From an uncultured Bacilli bacterium (lineage in GTDB: Bacteria; Bacillota_I; Bacilli_A; RF39; UBA660), in NCBI GenBank assembly GCA_947629075.1, contig CANRCI010000001.1:1-48467 (forward strand): DNA of 48,467 nucleotides. Reading direction: 5' to 3'. Positions 43,227-48,467 of the stretch are shown here, in pieces. Each line of letters starts with the position of its first letter. Position 1 is the stretch's first letter. A program made the position numbers and the translations under genes. The notes beneath the pieces were generated by a model. The model was given only the letters and a program-made list of their open reading frames with translations, did not search any database and was not told where the DNA came from.

Positions 43227-44208
43227 TAATCGTGGACAGGCATTAGTATTATTTGTTCTTTTTCTACCAGTATTGATGCTCATCTTAGCGTGGTCAATAG
43301 ATACAGTTTACTTAAATTACGAGAAACAAAAATTAGATGGAATAACTACTTCAATTATGGAGAACTTAAAAAATTACCCAGGAGCCGATGAAAAAGTAAT
43401 CACTGAACTTTTTGAAGATAACGATCGCGATATTGAAGTTTTAAAAAGTAATGTTCAAAGCGATAAAATAAGTATTTCCTTAAAAAAAGAAATTCCCAGT
43501 TTATTTGGAAGAATTATAGGTTACAATACTTATTCATTAAAACTAGAAAAAGATTACGATTATGAAGCATTAGACAGCATTTACGCTCCAGTTAACAATG
43601 GCCTTTACTTACATTTTACAGGTATAGATGCGTTAAATGATGACAATGAATTAGTTGATCGAACTGGTATAAACAAAATCGATTATTTCAATTTAAGTTG
43701 GGATAAGAAAGACCATTATTATAGTTTTAATGGTAAGGATTCACGCATCACCAATAGTATCGATTTTGAAAACGCAACCAACTATTTTACTATTCAAATG
43801 TTGTTTAGAACCAAAGATGTTAACAATTACAATAAAGTCTTAGTTTTAGATTTTTACGATATAAAAGACCAAGTTTTAAAATTGACTTTTAGGATTAATA
43901 ATGGTGTTTTAGAAGTATATGACGATTCAGAAAAAATTGGTGAGACAAAAGTAAATCCAATTTCAAAATACTATGTTGAGATAACCAAGGATGACAATGG
44001 TCTAAACATATATTTAGATAATGAATTGTTAGTTAGAAAAGATATTGGTTTCACTTTAAAGTCAATCATTACTAATATCGGAATGGAGAAAGATGATAAT
44101 TCGTCATTTGATGGTGGTATATACACATATCGCATTTATAATAGACTTTTAACCGATGAAGAGAGAAGTAAAAACTATAGTAATGCTTTAAAAGAGTATA
44201 CATCTTAA
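43219..44208 (+). CDS. TadG/TadE-like N-terminal anchor fused to a LamG (concanavalin A-like lectin) domain
   Basis: MNNNRG|QALVLFVLFLPVLMLILAWSIDTVY. The C-terminus has the LamG hallmarks ..YYVEITKDDNGLNIYLDNELL.. and FDGGIYTYRIYNRLLTDEE. Confidence 0.7.
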   Translation: MNNNRGQALVLFVLFLPVLMLILAWSIDTVYLNYEKQKLDGITTSIMENLKNYPGADEKVITELFEDNDRDIEVLKSNVQSDKISISLKKEIPSLFGRIIGYNTYSLKLEKDYDYEALDSIYAPVNNGLYLHFTGIDALNDDNELVDRTGINKIDYFNLSWDKKDHYYSFNGKDSRITNSIDFENATNYFTIQMLFRTKDVNNYNKVLVLDFYDIKDQVLKLTFRINNGVLEVYDDSEKIGETKVNPISKYYVEITKDDNGLNIYLDNELLVRKDIGFTLKSIITNIGMEKDDNSSFDGGIYTYRIYNRLLTDEERSKNYSNALKEYTS

Positions 44209-44213
44209 ATATA

Positions 44214-44222
44214 TGATATAAT
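44214..44222 (+). promoter_or_regulatory. Possible internal extended -10 promoter before the ATPase genes
   Basis: TGaTATAAT in the 37-nt gap. Confidence 0.3.
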
Positions 44223-44245
44223 TATTAAGATAGATAGGTGATAAT

Positions 44246-45025
44246 ATGGAGATTAAAAAAGGGAAAATATTTACAATTACATCGATGAAAGGTGGCGTAG
44301 GAAAGACTACTTTCGTCATGAGTTTAGCTAAAATTTGTGAAGAAGAAAAATTGAAAGTACTAATTATGGATTTAGATTTTTATACTGGAAATGTTGCTTT
44401 TTCATTGAATGCTAAAACTAAAGGAAGTATCTATAACCTATGTGATGATATGGCCAATAATCGTATTAAATATGGTGTAACTGATGAATATATCCACAAG
44501 ATAAATGATTATATCGATATCGTATCCTCACCTAAAGATCCTAGAGATGTAACTAAGATAGATGATAAATACATCGATGCCATTCTTAACAATTTAGTAT
44601 ATAAATACGACGTAATTTTAATAGATACTAACCATGTACTAAATGAACATAAAATGGTCGCGTTTGATTTAAGTGATAAGATAATTGAAATACTTACCAA
44701 TGATGCTTTTGATTTACAAGGAAATAAAACTTTTATGGCAATATGTAAAAATATGAAAGTAGATAATGTTATCTTAGTCCTTAATAATTCGATTGATGAA
44801 CGAAAGAGATATTTTTCGATGTATGATATAAAAAATATTTTAGGTAGAAATGTCAATTATATTATTCCTACTAGTTTTTATTTAAAAAATTATCAACAGA
44901 TGGTTATGGATGGCGATATTTTGAATTTTAAGAACAAATTATCATCAGCTGGTAAAAAAGATTATTCTAAATTCAGAGAGAATATGAAAAAAATATTATT
45001 AGAGGGTGGTAAAGATGGCAAATAA
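44246..45025 (+). CDS. TadZ/CpaE-like ParA/MinD-family ATPase (no receiver-like domain)
   Basis: Deviant Walker A TSMKGGVGKTT and LIDT Walker B region. Positioned directly upstream of cpaF. Confidence 0.7.
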   Translation: MEIKKGKIFTITSMKGGVGKTTFVMSLAKICEEEKLKVLIMDLDFYTGNVAFSLNAKTKGSIYNLCDDMANNRIKYGVTDEYIHKINDYIDIVSSPKDPRDVTKIDDKYIDAILNNLVYKYDVILIDTNHVLNEHKMVAFDLSDKIIEILTNDAFDLQGNKTFMAICKNMKVDNVILVLNNSIDERKRYFSMYDIKNILGRNVNYIIPTSFYLKNYQQMVMDGDILNFKNKLSSAGKKDYSKFRENMKKILLEGGKDGK

Positions 45026-46445
45026 ATGGTTAGAAGAATTTAATTTCGTATCCCATGATAAAGAAGTAAGTTCTGAAAGTGTTCAAAGCGATTACGAAGT
45101 ATTTAAAGATAAAGAATTACTAGATAAATTTAGAACAGTTATCATTCAAGATTTAATAGATAATAGAATACCTGATGGTAAACTTCTTACACAATACATT
45201 AATGAAGAAATTGATAGAATTACTGATGGTTATGATTTAACTAATTTAGAGAGAAGTCATATCTTTAATTTGATCGAGAATGAAGTAAATGGTTATGGAC
45301 CTTTAACAGAACTTTTAGATGATAAAAATATTACGGAAATCATGGTCAATTCTGCTGATGAAATATATATTGAGGTCGATGGTCAATTGATTCGTGATGA
45401 AAGTGTATCGTTTATCAATGAAGAACATATCATTAGGACTATTCAAAGAATTATTCAACCGCTAGGTAGAACGATTGATTCAACTAATCCGATGGTCGAC
45501 TCTCGTCTGCCAGATGGTTCTAGAATTAATGCTGTCATTCCGCCACTTTCGGTTAAGGGACCAGTTGTTACTATTCGTAAATTTAAGGATAGTATGGATA
45601 ATATTGAGAACTTAATTGGTAATGGTAGTATGACTCCATATATGGCTAGATTTTTAAATGCTTGTGTCAATGCCAAGTTGAACATTTTAGTTTGTGGTGG
45701 TACTGGTAGTGGTAAGACGACCCTTCTAAATGTTTTATCCAACTTTATCGGTTCAGGAGAACGTATTATAACGATCGAGGATGCGGTAGAGTTAAGACTT
45801 CATCAGGAACACGTCATTCAACTGGAGACAAGAAATGTTAACTACGATAAAGAAGGAGAAGTTACAATTCGTGATTTAGTTCGTAACTCACTTCGTATGC
45901 GTCCGGATAGAATTATCGTCGGTGAAGTTCGTGGTAGTGAAGCTTTCGATATGTTACAAGCTATGAATACAGGACATGATGGAAGCTTGACAACGCTTCA
46001 TGCCAATGGACCAGCTGATGCTCTAGATAGACTTGAAACGATGATTTTGATGAGTGGAATAGAAATTCCCCTAAAGGCAATCCGTGGTTATATTGTCAAT
46101 GCTTTAGATATCGTTGTCAATGTCGAACGTCTAAGTGATGGTCGAAGAAAGGTAACTTCTATTTCTGAGATTACGGGATTTGATGGTGATGAAATAGGAT
46201 TGAAAGAAATATTTGCCTTTAATCAGAACGGTGTAACAGATAACAGAGAGGTTATCGGTGAATTTGTTCTATATCCATATATTCCAAAAGTATATAGTAA
46301 AATTAAAAGTCGCGGTGTCGATGATGTCGACGATATTTTTGAAGAATTACAAAAACAAATCGATGCTGAAAACAAAAAGAAAACTAAAGATGGAAAAAAG
46401 AAAGAGACTAAAAAAACGACCAAAAAGAAAAGTGTAAAAAAATAA
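45015..46445 (+). CDS. CpaF/TadA-family secretion ATPase with a polylysine C-terminal tail
   Basis: [12 protein letters not shown] Walker [18 protein letters not shown] and [13 protein letters not shown] motifs. The tail is [25 protein letters not shown]. Confidence 0.9.
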   Translation: MANKWLEEFNFVSHDKEVSSESVQSDYEVFKDKELLDKFRTVIIQDLIDNRIPDGKLLTQYINEEIDRITDGYDLTNLERSHIFNLIENEVNGYGPLTELLDDKNITEIMVNSADEIYIEVDGQLIRDESVSFINEEHIIRTIQRIIQPLGRTIDSTNPMVDSRLPDGSRINAVIPPLSVKGPVVTIRKFKDSMDNIENLIGNGSMTPYMARFLNACVNAKLNILVCGGTGSGKTTLLNVLSNFIGSGERIITIEDAVELRLHQEHVIQLETRNVNYDKEGEVTIRDLVRNSLRMRPDRIIVGEVRGSEAFDMLQAMNTGHDGSLTTLHANGPADALDRLETMILMSGIEIPLKAIRGYIVNALDIVVNVERLSDGRRKVTSISEITGFDGDEIGLKEIFAFNQNGVTDNREVIGEFVLYPYIPKVYSKIKSRGVDDVDDIFEELQKQIDAENKKKTKDGKKKETKKTTKKKSVKK

Positions 46446-46461
46446 AAAAAGGAGGTAGACC

Positions 46462-47469
46462 ATGAATAGTGTTGGTGTGTATACAATTCAGATTCTTACA
46501 ATATTAACCCTTCTAGTAATTGTTTTTCGATTATTGAGATTGAATTCATCCCTTAGAATGGTTAGACGCTTTACTCCTTATACAGTAGAAGAATTAGAAG
46601 ATCGCGATGAGACGTTATTCGATTATCTATATCGAAGATATCAGGTGTATCGCAAAAAGATTTCTAAACAGTTCAAAAAGTCTAAATTGTTATTAGATTA
46701 CAGTAAAAAATATGAGAAGTATTGCGATAATAGTAAGATCATAAGAGATGAAGCAATGGACTACATTTCTGATAAATTTGTCGTCGGTTTTGTGGCGATG
46801 ATTGTCATTATGTTCTCTGACATATTTCAATATCAACCAATAACTTTTTTGCAGTTGTTGACATTTTATCTAATCGGATTTTTTATACCAGATTTGGTTT
46901 TAATATCTAAGAATAAAATTCGTGAGAAGTTAATTGAAAGAGATATGTTACACGCGATCATAATCATGAATAATGCTTTTAAATCAGGAATGAGCATTAT
47001 GCAAGGTATATATATGGTTTACAATGAGTTAGATGGGCCGATTAGTGATGAATTCAAAAAGATGTATATCGACATTACTTTTGGACTTAATATGGATACC
47101 GTATTTAAAAGATTTGCTGATCGCGTTAAGACAAAAGAAGCAAAATACATCACAACTTCACTTACGGTACTAAATAAGACTGGTGGTAATATAGTTCAAG
47201 TATTCTCATCAGTTGAAAGAAATTCGTTTACCCGTAAGAAACTACGTGAAGAATTAGGAGCTATTTCAGCATCTAGTGATGCCATTTTCAAGATGTTAGC
47301 AATTATCCCAATATTCTTAATCGGCATAATTTTGATGCTCAATCCGACATATTTTTCACCACTTTTCACAACTAGTGAAGGCTTACTAATCCTTGGCCTA
47401 TTAATCCTTATTTATGTCCTATACATATTTATAGTTAGAAAAGTTATGAAAGTAGAGGTTGATATTTAA
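46462..47469 (+). CDS. TadB-like type II secretion F-domain membrane protein
   Basis: N-terminal TM, T2SSF-like cytoplasmic domain (AFKSGMSIMQGI..), C-terminal TMs. Confidence 0.75.
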   Translation: MNSVGVYTIQILTILTLLVIVFRLLRLNSSLRMVRRFTPYTVEELEDRDETLFDYLYRRYQVYRKKISKQFKKSKLLLDYSKKYEKYCDNSKIIRDEAMDYISDKFVVGFVAMIVIMFSDIFQYQPITFLQLLTFYLIGFFIPDLVLISKNKIREKLIERDMLHAIIIMNNAFKSGMSIMQGIYMVYNELDGPISDEFKKMYIDITFGLNMDTVFKRFADRVKTKEAKYITTSLTVLNKTGGNIVQVFSSVERNSFTRKKLREELGAISASSDAIFKMLAIIPIFLIGIILMLNPTYFSPLFTTSEGLLILGLLILIYVLYIFIVRKVMKVEVDI

Positions 47470-48173
47470 TGAATAGAAATAATTCTCGACTTGCATATCG
47501 TATATATAGTAGGAAAGAAATAGAAAAATATCAGCGAAAAATCGATTTATTTGGCTATGGAAAGAGTTATGACGCAACTATTTTTCTAAATATTAGACTT
47601 CTTACTTCCGCTTTCTTGTTTTTTATGATATTATATATATTCGAGTTGGGATACGTCTTAGCACCTATTCTTACCGTTTTATATTATTATTTCTTTCCTT
47701 ATTTTGTAATTGATCGAAAATTACAGAAGAGAAGTGATAAATTAGATAATGATGCGATGTATTTCTTTGAAGTTATGACTCTATCAGTTGAAACTGGTAG
47801 AAATTTAAAAACAGCTTTAGAGCTTACAGCTAATACGGTCGATAGTGAATTATCTGATGAATTCAAACAAACGTTAAAAGAAGTAAGATATGGTAAAAGC
47901 TTAAATGAAGCTTTGGATGATTTGAAGAGAAGAATCCCATCTGATACAATTAATAATATTATTCTTAATATTTCACAGTCTAATATTTTTGGTAATAGCA
48001 TTATCGAGACGATGTATAATCAAATAGACTATATAAGAGATAGACAAATAATGAGAGCAAAAGCTAGTATTAGCAAGGTACCATTAAAAGTCTCAGTAAT
48101 TTCTGTACTTTTTTATATACCTTTAATAATGTTATTGATTTTATCGCCAGTAATAATAGAATATTTTAGTTAG
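47469..48173 (+). CDS. TadC-like type II secretion F-domain membrane protein
   Basis: T2SSF-like domain ([23 protein letters not shown]..) flanked by TMs. Start overlaps the tadB stop. Confidence 0.75.
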   Translation: MNRNNSRLAYRIYSRKEIEKYQRKIDLFGYGKSYDATIFLNIRLLTSAFLFFMILYIFELGYVLAPILTVLYYYFFPYFVIDRKLQKRSDKLDNDAMYFFEVMTLSVETGRNLKTALELTANTVDSELSDEFKQTLKEVRYGKSLNEALDDLKRRIPSDTINNIILNISQSNIFGNSIIETMYNQIDYIRDRQIMRAKASISKVPLKVSVISVLFYIPLIMLLILSPVIIEYFS

Positions 48174-48183
48174 GAGGATTTTT

Positions 48184-48467
48184 ATGAGTGGGCATTCAAA
48201 ATGGGCAACTATTCATCGTAAGAAAGGGGCATTAGATGCTGAACGTGGTAAATTATTTCAAAAATTAGCAAAGGAAATATATGTAGCAGCCCGTGGTACT
48301 AATGGTAATATCGATGATAATCCAGGACTTAGAATGGTAGTAGAAAAGGCTAGAAGTAACAATATGCCTAAAGATAACATTAAAAAGGCAATTGATAAAG
48401 CAACGGGAGCTGGAAATGGTGAAGACTATGAATCTATTAGATATGAAGGTTATGGTCCTAATGGTGT
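48184..48467 (+). CDS. YebC/PmpR-family transcriptional regulator, N-terminal part (runs off the window)
   Basis: [32 protein letters not shown] is the canonical family N-terminus. Confidence 0.9.
   Translation, partial: MSGHSKWATIHRKKGALDAERGKLFQKLAKEIYVAARGTNGNIDDNPGLRMVVEKARSNNMPKDNIKKAIDKATGAGNGEDYESIRYEGYGPNG

Overview
AT-rich (roughly 30% G+C by eye) chromosomal segment from an endospore-forming low-GC Firmicute; it cannot be placed more precisely from sequence alone. The standard genetic code applies, since conserved genes end at TGA. Almost all genes are on the + strand and intergenic gaps are short. Most of the window is core housekeeping in Bacillus-like synteny: rpmG-efp; rlmN-stp-prkC-rsgA-rpe; radC-mreC-mreD-spoIVFA-spoIVFB; murE; yqeG-yqeH; murF-like-ddl. 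Sporulation genes are interspersed: spoVS, a SpoIIIAH-like gene, gerE-like, gerM, and an intact pro-sigK. One tRNA-Arg(UCU) is present. I saw no CRISPR array, transposase, integrase or rRNA. Two accessory regions stand out. (1) At 3.1-6.3 kb there is a solitary type IV pilin gene. It is followed by four head-to-tail copies of a ~625-bp pilin gene unit under one promoter and one terminator. These copies have near-identical N-terminal 151 codons, mosaic synonymous differences, and a divergent ~40-codon C-terminal cassette bracketed by conserved DNA. (2) At 42.8-48.2 kb there is a Tad/Flp-type pilus assembly operon: TadE-like, TadG-like::LamG fusion, TadZ-like, CpaF, TadB, TadC. It has no Flp pilin, prepilin peptidase or PilB/PilC in the window. 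My main hypothesis is that the two loci form one filament system with a variable multi-pilin fibre and a lectin-bearing pseudopilin. Secondary observations include a MurF-like ligase whose N-terminal domain is replaced by a polytopic membrane domain, a gerE-like gene that seems to need an ATC start, an orphan SpoIIIAH-like gene, and a T9 tract in a promoter spacer. All product calls come from motif recognition by eye; no database search was run.
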